A stretch of 32,000 bases of DNA from Pseudomonadota bacterium (GCA_039815055.1 JBCCAA010000026.1:1-32000); one strand, 5' to 3'. Positions 16,942 to 25,404 are shown, counted from the stretch's first letter. Numbers and translations are program-made. Notes: a model not told the origin generated them from the sequence alone.

Positions 16942-17214
16942 GTGACCATGACCCAAGCTGCCAATCCCGCCCTCGAACGCTCCCTGTTTGACGTGCCCGT
17001 GCGCGTGGACGTTGTCCTTGGAACGGTGCGCATGCCGATGGAAGAGCTTTTGTCGATGTCAGCCGGTGACGTCGTCGCGCTGGACGAGACCACGGGCCGG
17101 GATGTCGAGATCTATGTCTCAGACCGGCTTATGGCGCGCGGCCGCCTGGTGATTGCCGACGGAGAACTTGGTGTCACCCTGTCGGAAATCGTTGACGAAC
17201 GCCGCGCGGCCTAA
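16942..17214 (+). CDS. fliN: Flagellar motor switch protein FliN (SpoA domain only)
   Basis: [70 protein letters not shown] is a complete SpoA/FliN C-terminal domain. The start is GTG 16942 or ATG 16948. Confidence 0.85.
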   Translation: MTMTQAANPALERSLFDVPVRVDVVLGTVRMPMEELLSMSAGDVVALDETTGRDVEIYVSDRLMARGRLVIADGELGVTLSEIVDERRAA

Positions 17215-17690
17215 CCAGCGTTCGGCGCGGACTGCAGCTGCGTATACTGCTCGATACCAATGCGCCCAATAAGGTCGAACTGGGTTTCCAGATAGTCGAC
17301 ATGTTCTTCCTCATTGGAGAGGATTTTCGCAAATAGATCGCGGGAAACATAATCGCGCTTCTTTTCGCTAAGTTCCACGGCATCGCGCAGCAGTGGCACG
17401 GCGTCATGTTCTAGCGCTAGATCACATTCCAGGATTTCTTTCACGCTCTCGCCAATGCGCAGTTTTCCGAGATCCTGCAGGTTGGGCAGGCCCTCGAGGA
17501 ACAAAATCCGCTCGATCAACCAATCGGCATGCTCCATTTCCTCGATCGATTCCTTGTACTCATACTCAGCCAGAATCGAGACGCCCCAGTCTTTCAGCAT
17601 TCGAGAATGCAGGAAATACTGGTTGATCGCGGTCAGCTCGTTTTTCAGCGCCGCATTGAGAAAGTTCAGGACTTCACTGTCGCCCTTCAT
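17211..17690 (-). CDS. bfr: Bacterioferritin
   Basis: [36 protein letters not shown]...[18 protein letters not shown]...[11 protein letters not shown] carries the ferroxidase-centre E/H residues and the heme Met context. The 3' end overlaps the fliN stop by 4 nt. Confidence 0.95.
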   Translation of the reverse strand: MKGDSEVLNFLNAALKNELTAINQYFLHSRMLKDWGVSILAEYEYKESIEEMEHADWLIERILFLEGLPNLQDLGKLRIGESVKEILECDLALEHDAVPLLRDAVELSEKKRDYVSRDLFAKILSNEEEHVDYLETQFDLIGRIGIEQYTQLQSAPNAG

Positions 17691-17812
17691 GGCCGGTACC
17701 CCGTGTTGGATTGTGATGGTAATGCACCTAGGACGGCCTGCACCTTAAGGCAAGAAAATTCAAATTAAACAGGGCGTTGTGAGATTGCAGAGCAGTCGCA
17801 ATTGCAAACGAA

Positions 17813-18013
17813 CTATTCCGCGGCCACCAGCACAGCGCCTTGGGTCAATTGGTGTTTTTCGCACTCAACGACGTCTTCCATTGCGCTTTTGCACTTGCCG
17901 CAGTTGAACTGGCAGCCAAAGTGGGCCTGCACCGCCTCGCCGCATCCCGCGCCGGCTCTTACGGCCTCGCGGACGGCGTCTTCATTTAAACGGCGGCAAA
18001 CGCAAATGATCAT
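17813..18013 (-). CDS. bfd: Bacterioferritin-associated ferredoxin (Bfd, [2Fe-2S])
   Basis: MIICVCRRLNEDAVREAV...GCQFNCGKCKSAMEDVV has the C-x-C...C-x2-C pattern. I start at ATG 18013 because the listed 111-aa ORF is an extension into the promoter. Confidence 0.88.
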   Translation of the reverse strand: MIICVCRRLNEDAVREAVRAGAGCGEAVQAHFGCQFNCGKCKSAMEDVVECEKHQLTQGAVLVAAE

Positions 18014-18021
18014 CGTTCTTA

Positions 18022-18051
18022 ATAACAAACTCAAATGAGAATGAATGTCAA
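18022..18051 (-). promoter_or_regulatory. Candidate bfd promoter with an embedded iron-box-like operator
   Basis: On the minus strand: TTGACA (18051-18046), an 18-nt spacer, then TGTTAT (18027-22), which ends 8 nt before ATG 18013. The spacer contains TGA-N9-TCA (plus strand 18036-18050, TGAGAATGAATGTCA). My hand alignment of it to the 19-bp E. coli Fur consensus scores 11/19. Confidence 0.35.
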
Positions 18052-18077
18052 CTGCGATGACACACTTTCTGCGAGCA

Positions 18078-18317
18078 CTACAGGGCGCCGACACTCGCAT
18101 TGTCATCGTCCCAGCCGAAGACATCCTCAAGCCCGACGCCAAATACACGGGAAATCCGGAAGGCGCTTTCCAGGCTGGGGGAATATTTCCCCTGCTCGAT
18201 AGCGATCACGGTCTGGCGCGTGACGCCAATGGCCTGGGCCAGGGCTGCCTGGCTCATCATGCCATGGGCTTCTCGCAACTCACGCACGCGATTGGTGATA
18301 GGTGGGCGTTTCGCCAT
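18078..18317 (-). CDS. Small XRE/Cro-C1-type HTH transcriptional regulator (79 aa)
   Basis: NRVRELREAHGMMSQAALAQAIGVTRQTVIAIEQGKYSPSLESAFRISRVFGVGLEDVF is a canonical HTH_3/HTH_26 pattern. The start overlaps the stop of the upstream membrane gene (ATGA). Confidence 0.88.
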   Translation of the reverse strand: MAKRPPITNRVRELREAHGMMSQAALAQAIGVTRQTVIAIEQGKYSPSLESAFRISRVFGVGLEDVFGWDDDNASVGAL

Positions 18318-18763
18318 CAGGCTTGCCCGCGGCGGTAAAACAAGATCGTCAATATGTAGTCCGCAAGCTGGCTCACCACGAGGCCGAACACGACCAGGTG
18401 GAACAGCAGATCGCCATACTCCAGCACGGCATAGGCCGAAATCGCAGCAATGGTGATGACGCCGAACAAAAGCCCCGCCAAATTGCCGGCCCGCCAGGCA
18501 ATTACTCGATCGCGCTCGTCTTGAGGTGAGTTTGCATCGGTTGGATTGCCCAACGCCGCAAAAGCGTGCCCGAAGATTGCCAACGCAACGAGCGGGATTG
18601 TGACCACAACAGCCAGCCCGATATTGGGTGGCGGCGGATGGCCCAGCAGCATGGTCTGTTGAGTGACGACATATCCGTAAAACCCGCCGGTCAACGTCAA
18701 TGCCACCGCCATGATCCAGGCGCTCTTCTCGCGAAATCCCATAATCGACTCCATGTAAAACAT
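18317..18763 (-). CDS. Four-TM membrane protein co-transcribed with the XRE regulator (DUF2178-like arrangement)
   Basis: There are four hydrophobic segments: AWIMAVALTLTGGFYGYVV, IGLAVVVTIPLVALAIFGHAF, LAGLLFGVITIAAISAYAV and LLFHLVVFGLVVSQLADYILTILF. The start is ATG 18763 or ATG 18742. Confidence 0.7.
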   Translation of the reverse strand: MFYMESIMGFREKSAWIMAVALTLTGGFYGYVVTQQTMLLGHPPPPNIGLAVVVTIPLVALAIFGHAFAALGNPTDANSPQDERDRVIAWRAGNLAGLLFGVITIAAISAYAVLEYGDLLFHLVVFGLVVSQLADYILTILFYRRGQA

Positions 18764-18788
18764 CTTTTACAGAATGTAGTCGAACATT

Positions 18789-18802
18789 TTTGACATGTCA
18801 AA
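18789..18802. promoter_or_regulatory. Perfect 14-bp palindrome in the divergent promoter region, candidate XRE operator
   Basis: TTTGACATGTCAAA, read directly. Related ACATGT/AATGT/ACATT half-site-like words recur at about 18771-18787 and 18815-18822. Confidence 0.45.
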
Positions 18803-18876
18803 TTTATTGGACATCCACATGTTGGCGCGCGCAGCGGTATGTGATCATTTCTTCTGGCAACCAAAAGGAGGGCTCC

Positions 18877-19107
18877 ATGAGTGCAGGTGCAGACACAGGT
18901 GTGGTGATCGTCGCGCTGATTATCTACATCGCGATCATCGCGTTGTTTATCGTCGGATATTGGAAAATCTGGAGCAAAGCGGGCTTCAACGGGGCATGGT
19001 CGCTGCTCATGCTTGTACCGCTGGTGAATATTGGCGCGTTCTTGTATCTCGCCTTTGCCGATTGGCCGGTCCACAAGCGGCTTGGCGGCCCGGACACTTT
19101 CAACTAG
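18877..19107 (+). CDS. Small two-TM membrane protein (76 aa), DUF5684-like motif
   Basis: AAAAGGAGGG RBS lies 5 nt before ATG 18877. The sequence MSAGADTGVVIVALIIYIAIIALFIVGYWKIWSKAGFNGAWSLLMLVPLVNIGAFLYLAF resembles the 'KAG..GW..LIP..N' small-membrane-protein pattern. Confidence 0.7.
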   Translation: MSAGADTGVVIVALIIYIAIIALFIVGYWKIWSKAGFNGAWSLLMLVPLVNIGAFLYLAFADWPVHKRLGGPDTFN

Positions 19108-19125
19108 GTCACTTCTCAGCCGTCA

Positions 19126-19160
19126 GGGCCAGCGATGGTGACACCGTCGCTGGCCCTTTC
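19126..19160 (+). terminator. Intrinsic terminator after the small membrane protein gene
   Basis: GGGCCAGCGA-tggtgacaccg-TCGCTGGCCC is a 10-bp perfect stem, followed by TTTCATATT. Confidence 0.6.
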
Positions 19161-19192
19161 ATATTCGAACCGCACGATTGCTGAGACAGACC

Positions 19193-20788
19193 ATGACCGA
19201 CCTTCCCGCTCTCGCCGAAACCGCCAAGGCCTGGCCGTTTGAATTGGCGCGAAAGCTCAAGGCGCGGGTGCAGCAGATGGAAAAGGCCGGCCAGCGCGAG
19301 CCGGGCGCGCCGGTGATCTTCGAGACCGGCTATGGCCCTTCAGGTCTGCCGCACATCGGCACGTTCGGGGAGGTTGTGCGCACCACCATGGTTCGTACCG
19401 CCTTTGAGGCACTGACGGGCGGCGATATGGCGACCAAACTGATCTGCGTGTCCGATGACATGGATGGCATGCGCAAGGTGCCGCCCACGGTGCCGGACCC
19501 GGCCTCGCTCGCCGCTTATCTTCAACAGCCGCTGACCCGCGTGCCAGATCCGTTTGGCACCCATGACAGCTATGGCGCGCATATGAATGCCCGCTTGCAG
19601 GCCTTCCTCGACCAATTCGGATTTGAATATGAATTCCTGTCGGCAACCGACTGTTACAAGTCCGGCCGTTTCGATGAAATGCTGCTGCGCGCGGCGGAGA
19701 CTTATCAAGACATCATGGATGTCATGCTGCCGACCCTGGGCGAGGAACGGCGCGCCACTTATTCCCCGTTTCTTCCGATCCACCCCGAGACGGGCCAGGT
19801 CCTCTATGTGCCGATGAAGCATGTGGATTCGGCCAGAGGCGAGGTGACGTTCGAGGACGAGGGCGGCCAATCCTTCACCCTGCCAGTCACCGGCGGCCAT
19901 GTTAAAATGCAGTGGAAACCCGACTTTGGCATGCGCTGGGCGGCGCTGGGCGTCGATTTCGAGATGTTTGGCAAGGACCATCAGGCCAATGCGCCGATTT
20001 ATTCCAGGATAACCCGCATTCTCGGCAAGCGCCCGCCGGAGCAGTATGTCTATGAGCTGTTCCTCGACGAGCAGGGCGAGAAAATCTCCAAGACCAAGGG
20101 CAATGGCATCTCGGTTGAGGAGTGGCTGGCCTATGCGCCTGAGGAAAGCTTGTCGCTGTTCCAGTTTCAAAAGCCGCGCACGGCCAAGAAGCTCTACTTC
20201 GATGTCATTCCAAAAGCCGTAGACGAATATCTGACGTTCCGGTCAAAGTTCCACGGTGAAGACCAGAACCGTCAGCTTGAGAACCCGGCCTGGCATATCC
20301 ATGGCGGCAACGTGCCTGGCGAAGACAGTCCGATCTCATTTGCATTGCTGCTCAATCTCGTGAGCGCGGCCAATTCTGAAGATGCCGAGACGCTTTGGGG
20401 CTTCATCGGCCGCTATGCACCGGGCGCGACGGCCGAAACCCATCCATTGCTCGACCGGCTGGTGGGCCATGCGCTTCGGTACTACAAGGACTTCGTCATG
20501 CCGGCGAAGACCTATCGCGCGCCTACGGATCAGGAACGCGCGGCCATGAAAGACTTGGCAACGCGCCTGTCTGAGGCGCCAATCGAAAGCGATGGCGAAG
20601 CGCTCCAGACGCTGACCTTTTCCGTCGGCAAGGATCACGGGTTCGAGAATTTACGCGAGTGGTTCAAGGCGCTCTACGAGGTGCTGCTTGGCCAAAGCCA
20701 GGGCCCACGCTTTGGAAGTTTCGCCGCGCTTTATGGCCCGAAGGAAACCGCCACCTTGATCGGCAACAGACTTGCCAGCGACGCATGA
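19193..20788 (+). CDS. lysK: Lysine--tRNA ligase, class I
   Basis: Class-I signatures are present: HIGH variant ([13 protein letters not shown]) and KMSKS variant ([10 protein letters not shown]). The length and layout are typical of alphaproteobacterial class-I LysRS. I prefer ATG 19193 ([10 protein letters not shown]...) to the listed TTG 19178. Confidence 0.9.
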   Translation: MTDLPALAETAKAWPFELARKLKARVQQMEKAGQREPGAPVIFETGYGPSGLPHIGTFGEVVRTTMVRTAFEALTGGDMATKLICVSDDMDGMRKVPPTVPDPASLAAYLQQPLTRVPDPFGTHDSYGAHMNARLQAFLDQFGFEYEFLSATDCYKSGRFDEMLLRAAETYQDIMDVMLPTLGEERRATYSPFLPIHPETGQVLYVPMKHVDSARGEVTFEDEGGQSFTLPVTGGHVKMQWKPDFGMRWAALGVDFEMFGKDHQANAPIYSRITRILGKRPPEQYVYELFLDEQGEKISKTKGNGISVEEWLAYAPEESLSLFQFQKPRTAKKLYFDVIPKAVDEYLTFRSKFHGEDQNRQLENPAWHIHGGNVPGEDSPISFALLLNLVSAANSEDAETLWGFIGRYAPGATAETHPLLDRLVGHALRYYKDFVMPAKTYRAPTDQERAAMKDLATRLSEAPIESDGEALQTLTFSVGKDHGFENLREWFKALYEVLLGQSQGPRFGSFAALYGPKETATLIGNRLASDA

Positions 20789-20814
20789 AAAGAGGGGCAC
20801 ACGCGGCGCCCCTC
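20788..20814. terminator. GC-rich hairpin between convergent lysK and mlaC, with the U-tract on the minus-strand side
   Basis: GAGGGGC-acacgcggc-GCCCCTC at 20792-20814. The plus-strand AAAA at 20788-20791 gives UUUU after the hairpin for the mlaC transcript. Confidence 0.5.
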
Positions 20815-20841
20815 ATAGTCATCCAAATGGTGTGACGCGCG

Positions 20842-21534
20842 CTATTCGTCGCCAGACACTGTTCTGGCTTCTTCCGTATCAGCAATCTGATCGAAGGCCG
20901 TCTCAATGCGCTTGTTTGCGTAAAGCTCTGCTGTCATTTCCTCGATCTTGGCGATCAGGGCGTCAGACGAGCCGCGTGTGCGGTCCAGCAGTGCGATGAA
21001 CTGGGCGCGCTGTTCGATGGCGAGCCAGAGCAAATTGCCCTCAATGTTCAAGGCCACATCGACAACCTGGTACTCGCCATTGCGGTTCAAAACCCGCCAA
21101 CGTACGTCCATGGCCTGGCCATCGGCGCGTGGGATGCGAGTGTTGACGATGGAATCGCGCGCCGAACGGTCAACCGAGCCGAGCACTTCAACACGCTCTC
21201 CGCGATAGCTGTCCAGCTGGGCCTCATAAACGGCTAGCGCATAGGTGCGGAAAGCGTCCTGATAAGCCGCCGACTCAGCTTCGGTGAATTCACGGGCGTA
21301 GCGACCAATCACGAAGCGGGATACCGCACCCAGGTCGGTGAATTGGTCCATATATTCTTCGAACGCAGCTGTTCGCGCCGCGCTGTCCAGCGCAGGATCG
21401 TTCAGCGTGTTCAAAACGATGTTAGCATTCTCCTCGACATATGCCTCAGTGGCGACATCTGCGAGGGCGGGCGCGGCGGCCATGCTCATGGCCAGGCCGG
21501 AGAAAAGAAGTGCTTTCAGAGAAAAGCGGGTCAT
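20842..21534 (-). CDS. mlaC: MlaC/Ttg2D-family periplasmic phospholipid-binding protein
   Basis: Signal peptide ...AMSMAAAPALA. The pattern 'FEEYMDQFTDLGAVSRFVIGRYAREFT..E...YQDAFRTYALAVY...DVRWRVLNRNGEYQVVDVALNIEGNLLWLAIEQRAQF' is the Ttg2D pattern. Confidence 0.8.
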   Translation of the reverse strand: MTRFSLKALLFSGLAMSMAAAPALADVATEAYVEENANIVLNTLNDPALDSAARTAAFEEYMDQFTDLGAVSRFVIGRYAREFTEAESAAYQDAFRTYALAVYEAQLDSYRGERVEVLGSVDRSARDSIVNTRIPRADGQAMDVRWRVLNRNGEYQVVDVALNIEGNLLWLAIEQRAQFIALLDRTRGSSDALIAKIEEMTAELYANKRIETAFDQIADTEEARTVSGDE

Positions 21535-21563
21535 GGGTCTAAGTCCGGTTAAGTGTCGGTTGG

Positions 21564-22316
21564 TTACTCAAAATCATCAAAATCAGGCAAATTTTGGTAC
21601 GCATCTGGGTCTTCTTGCCCATTTCTGATCGCTGCATCGCGCTGGGCCGTGTACGTCCGGCGATATGCAATATAGGGCTCAGGCTGCTCGCGCAGCGCAA
21701 TCAGGGCATCATCAAGTGCAACCCTTGCATTCAGCGCGCCAAGAACGCCGCGGCCGATTGCGATGTTGTCATCCAGGTCTTCGTCACTCGCAAACTCTGT
21801 CCAGGTCAGTGGATCGAAGGCCGTGTCGACGCCGGACCCGACGGAGTCGCGAAGGTTCGAAGGTCCAAGAATCGGCAGCACGAGAAACGGTCCATCGGGC
21901 ACACCCCACACACCCAGCGTCTGACCAAAGTCCTCGCTGCGGTGCGGAAAGCCGTCGCCTTCCGCCAGATCAAACAGTCCCAGTCCTCCAAAAACTGTAT
22001 TCACTGTAAAGCGGTAGGCGGTGTTTCCAGCACCGTCGGCATCGCCCTGCAGAACATTATTCACAAAGATCACTGGATTGGACAGGTTGCGGAGAAAGTT
22101 GGATACGCCCTTGCGCGCAACGGCCGGGGTCGCGGCTTCGTATGCGCCTGCGACAGGACCGATAACCGCCTTGTCAGCGGCTTCGTTGAACGCAAACACA
22201 CCTCGGTTTACGGGTTCAAACGGATCGTAAACACCCTCATCGGTTGTGCCCTGTGTGCTGGCGCAAGCGCCGACAAACAAGGCTGCCGACAAACAAAGTG
22301 CAATATTGAAACGCAT
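21564..22316 (-). CDS. mlaA: MlaA/VacJ-family outer-membrane lipoprotein
   Basis: Lipobox FVGAC. DPFEPVNRGVFAFNE...NFLRNLSNPVIFVNNVLQG...RFTVNTVFGGLGLFD...EDFGQTLGVWGVPDGPFLVLPILGPSNLRD is the VacJ signature. Confidence 0.9.
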   Translation of the reverse strand: MRFNIALCLSAALFVGACASTQGTTDEGVYDPFEPVNRGVFAFNEAADKAVIGPVAGAYEAATPAVARKGVSNFLRNLSNPVIFVNNVLQGDADGAGNTAYRFTVNTVFGGLGLFDLAEGDGFPHRSEDFGQTLGVWGVPDGPFLVLPILGPSNLRDSVGSGVDTAFDPLTWTEFASDEDLDDNIAIGRGVLGALNARVALDDALIALREQPEPYIAYRRTYTAQRDAAIRNGQEDPDAYQNLPDFDDFE

Positions 22317-22363
22317 CGAGGGTACCCTATTGGCTCTTTGGCGATATCGGACTGTCCCGCCTG

Positions 22364-22418
22364 AACTGCAAGTGACTGGTTTGTGAAGAGTTTACGCAAC
22401 TGCAAGCGGAGTGGTTTC
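22364..22418. repeat. Imperfect ~20-bp direct repeat (two copies, 34-bp period) in the mlaA / arsR-MTase divergent region
   Basis: The copies are AACTGCAAGtGAcTGGTTTg (22364-22383) and AACTGCAAGcGGAgTGGTTTc (22398-22418). Confidence 0.4.
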
Positions 22419-22439
22419 GATGCCACAGACTTGCACATC

Positions 22440-22459
22440 ATATAAAAATATCTTTATAT
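22440..22459. promoter_or_regulatory. 20-bp AT-rich imperfect palindrome abutting the operon's first start codon, candidate ArsR-type operator
   Basis: In ATATAAAAAT|ATCTTTATAT the half-sites match 9/10 as an inverted repeat. It ends 6 nt before ATG 22466. Confidence 0.4.
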
Positions 22460-22465
22460 CTAGAA

Positions 22466-23449
22466 ATGAGTGAGGCGCTTACCCCAACCGTTAACAGACT
22501 GCGTGCCGCGGGCGAGCCGACACGCCTGCGAATTCTCGCGCTTTTGAGGTGCGGTGATCTCGCGGTTGGGGAGCTGGTCGACATTCTTGGCCTCAGCCAA
22601 CCGCGCCTGTCACACCAGCTGAAAGTGCTCACAAATGCCGGTTTGGTGACCCGTTTGCCGGAAGGGGCATGGGTGTTCTATCGGGCCAAAACCAAGGGAC
22701 CGTGCGCTGACCTTATCAACCTGGCTCTATCGCAAGCTGATCTCGAAAACAGCGTGTTTTTGAAGGATCGTCGGCAATTACAGGTGGTTTTAGATGACCG
22801 GGCCTCATCGGCCGCCTCCTATTTTGACTCCATCGCAGCCCATTGGGATGCCGAGCGCGCGCTGCATTATCCTGAAAGTGCCATCGAAGCCGCCATTCTC
22901 GAGATTGTGGGCGATGGACCGTTTGATCAGATTGTTGACCTCGGCACGGGCACTGGCCGGATACTGTCCCTGCTCGCGCCCCGGGCGAGGCAAGCCGAAG
23001 GGTTGGATCTGAGCCATCAGATGCTGACAGTGGCCCGAAGCAACCTTCTCAAAGCGGGGGTGACCAACGCCAATGTTCGTCATGGAGATGCGTGCATGGT
23101 GCCTTTCGAGGCATCCAGTGTTGATCTCGTGATCATTCATCAGGTGCTTCACTTTATCGTGAGACCAGCCCTGGCCATCGAAGAAGCTGCGCGGATCCTG
23201 CGCCCGGGCGGCCGTTTGGTGATCGTGGATTTTGCCCCGCACATGCTGGAGTTTCTGCGCAGCGACCACGGCCACCGCAGATTGGGCGTGGCTGATGAAG
23301 CGCTCGGAGAGTGGGCGCGCGGAACGGGGCTAACCTTCCGGCCCGTCAGACACTTCGAATCTCCCACAGAAACGGCAGGACTCGCCGTGAAAATCTGGAC
23401 GGCCCAACAGCCGACCGCCAACTTTCCGCAAAAAGAGGCTGCCGCATGA
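22466..23449 (+). CDS. ArsR/SmtB-type HTH fused to a class-I SAM-dependent methyltransferase domain
   Basis: N-terminal: EPTRLRILALLRCGDLAVGELVDILGLSQPRLSHQLKVLTNAGLV (ArsR HTH). C-terminal: VDLGTGTGRIL (SAM motif I) ...LRPGGRLVIVDF. Confidence 0.85.
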   Translation: MSEALTPTVNRLRAAGEPTRLRILALLRCGDLAVGELVDILGLSQPRLSHQLKVLTNAGLVTRLPEGAWVFYRAKTKGPCADLINLALSQADLENSVFLKDRRQLQVVLDDRASSAASYFDSIAAHWDAERALHYPESAIEAAILEIVGDGPFDQIVDLGTGTGRILSLLAPRARQAEGLDLSHQMLTVARSNLLKAGVTNANVRHGDACMVPFEASSVDLVIIHQVLHFIVRPALAIEEAARILRPGGRLVIVDFAPHMLEFLRSDHGHRRLGVADEALGEWARGTGLTFRPVRHFESPTETAGLAVKIWTAQQPTANFPQKEAAA

Positions 23450-24366
23450 GCAGATTGTCCGTCGCGCAGGCCCAGACGGCCAAGGCCCCAGACGTGTCCT
23501 TCGAGTTCTTCCCGCCGAAAACCGAAACCATGTCGGCAAGGCTCTGGGAGTGTGTGCGCCGCCTTGAGCCCATGTCGCCGCGCTTTGTGTCGGTGACGTA
23601 TGGCGCAGGCGGGTCCACGCGCGAACGCACCCATGACACAGTTCGCCGGCTTGCCGGTGAAACCACGCTCACGCCGGCGGCCCACCTCACCTGCGTCGGC
23701 GCAACCAAGGCAGACGTCCACGAGGTTGCAGAGGAATACTGGCAGGCCGGCGTCAAACACATCGTGGCCTTGCGCGGCGACAGCCAGGACGGCATGGGCG
23801 AGCCTTTCAAACCTCATCCCGGCGGCTATTCCGGCTCCGTTGAACTGGTTGCAGGTCTTCGCGCGCACCGCCCCGACCTCGGCAAAGTGTTTGAGGTGTC
23901 AGTTGCGTGCTACCCGGAGCAACACCCCGACAGCCGGGGCTGGGGCGGCGACATGGATGTTCTCAAGGCCAAACAGGATGCCGGGGCGGACCGGGCCATC
24001 ACGCAGTTTTTCTTTGAGCCGGACACATATTTCCGCTTTCTCGACCGTGTCCATGCCGCCGGGATCACCCTGCCGATCGTGCCGGGCATCATGCTACAAT
24101 CCAATTTCAAAGGGCTGCAGAAGATATCGAAACTCTGCAACGCGAACCTGCCAGACTGGCTGTGCACACTTTATGACGGGCTGGATGAAGACGACACGAT
24201 GCGCGACCTCATCACCGCCAATGTGGCTGCAGAACTCTGCCACCGTCTGGCGGAACAGGGCGTCGATGCGTTCCATTTCTACACGCTGAACCGGGCCAAT
24301 CTGGCACTTTCGACGTGCCACCTTCTGGGTCTCAAACCCGCACCAGTGCGCGAGGAGGCGGCGTGA
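23446..24366 (+). CDS. metF: 5,10-methylenetetrahydrofolate reductase
   Basis: VSFEFFPPKT...FVSVTYGAGGSTRERT...AHLTCVG...ALRGD...AITQFFF. ATG 23446 overlaps the upstream stop (ATGA). Confidence 0.92.
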   Translation: MSRLSVAQAQTAKAPDVSFEFFPPKTETMSARLWECVRRLEPMSPRFVSVTYGAGGSTRERTHDTVRRLAGETTLTPAAHLTCVGATKADVHEVAEEYWQAGVKHIVALRGDSQDGMGEPFKPHPGGYSGSVELVAGLRAHRPDLGKVFEVSVACYPEQHPDSRGWGGDMDVLKAKQDAGADRAITQFFFEPDTYFRFLDRVHAAGITLPIVPGIMLQSNFKGLQKISKLCNANLPDWLCTLYDGLDEDDTMRDLITANVAAELCHRLAEQGVDAFHFYTLNRANLALSTCHLLGLKPAPVREEAA

Positions 24367-25394
24367 TGGCGTCAATTCTGGAGCAACTTTCAGCGGAAGC
24401 CGAACGCCGTGTCCTGATCCTCGATGGTGCCATGGGCACACAGATTCAGGGCTTTGATTTTGATGAGGCCGCCTTTCGTGGCGAACGGTTTGCCGATTGG
24501 GGAAGGCCGCTCAAAGGCAATAATGATCTCCTGAACCTCACCCAGCCCGGCGCCATTCGCGCGATCCATGAGCGCTATATCGAGGCTGGCGCCGACCTGA
24601 TCGAAACCAATACGTTCAGCGCCACAACCATCGCCATGGCCGATTATGGCATGGAAGCTGAGGCCGATGACATAGCCGCCGAAGGGGCCCGGCTGGCGCG
24701 TGAAGCGGCTGATGCTTCGGGCCGCGCGGTTGCTGTGCTTGGCGCCATCGGGCCCACCAACAAGACCCTGTCCCTGAGCCCCGATGTGAACGACCCCGGC
24801 TTTCGAGAAGTGACGTTTGAAGATGTCCGCACGGCCTATGAAGCCCAGGTTCGGGCCATGGCACCGTTTGTTGATGCCTTGCTGATCGAAACGGTGTTCG
24901 ACACGCTGAATGCGAAAGCGGCGATAAAAGCGATTATTGACGCTGATTTGGGTTTGCCGATGATCATTTCCGGCACGATCACCGATGCGTCGGGTCGCAC
25001 GCTGTCCGGCCAGACAGCCGAAGCCTTCTGGTATTCGGTGCGCCACGCGCGGCCTTGGGCTGTGGGGTTGAACTGCGCGCTCGGCGCCGAGGCCATGCGC
25101 CCGCACATCGCGGCCATCTCCAAGATCGCCAATACGCGCATCATCGCTTACCCCAATGCGGGACTGCCGAACGCGTTTGGGGAGTATGATGAAACCCCGG
25201 ATGAGACATCGGCCATGCTGGGCGAGTGGGCAGCCGCTGGCCTGGTCAACATCCTCGGCGGCTGTTGTGGCACCACGCCAGACCATATCGAGGCGATCAC
25301 CAAAGCGGCCGCGGGCAAAGCGCCGCGGACGATTCCAAACCCCGCCGCGGCCATGCGTCTGTCCGGCCTCGAACCGTTTGAACTCGCCAGTTAG
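24366..25394 (+). CDS. metH: Methionine synthase, homocysteine-binding (Hcy S-methyltransferase) domain as a separate polypeptide
   Basis: [13 protein letters not shown]...LNLTQP...IETNTF. Both zinc-ligand contexts are present: GLNCALGA and [12 protein letters not shown]. The protein ends at the Hcy/pterin linker. ATG 24366 overlaps the metF stop (TGATG). Confidence 0.9.
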   Translation: MASILEQLSAEAERRVLILDGAMGTQIQGFDFDEAAFRGERFADWGRPLKGNNDLLNLTQPGAIRAIHERYIEAGADLIETNTFSATTIAMADYGMEAEADDIAAEGARLAREAADASGRAVAVLGAIGPTNKTLSLSPDVNDPGFREVTFEDVRTAYEAQVRAMAPFVDALLIETVFDTLNAKAAIKAIIDADLGLPMIISGTITDASGRTLSGQTAEAFWYSVRHARPWAVGLNCALGAEAMRPHIAAISKIANTRIIAYPNAGLPNAFGEYDETPDETSAMLGEWAAAGLVNILGGCCGTTPDHIEAITKAAAGKAPRTIPNPAAAMRLSGLEPFELAS

Positions 25395-25404
25395 GAGCCG
25401 CGCC

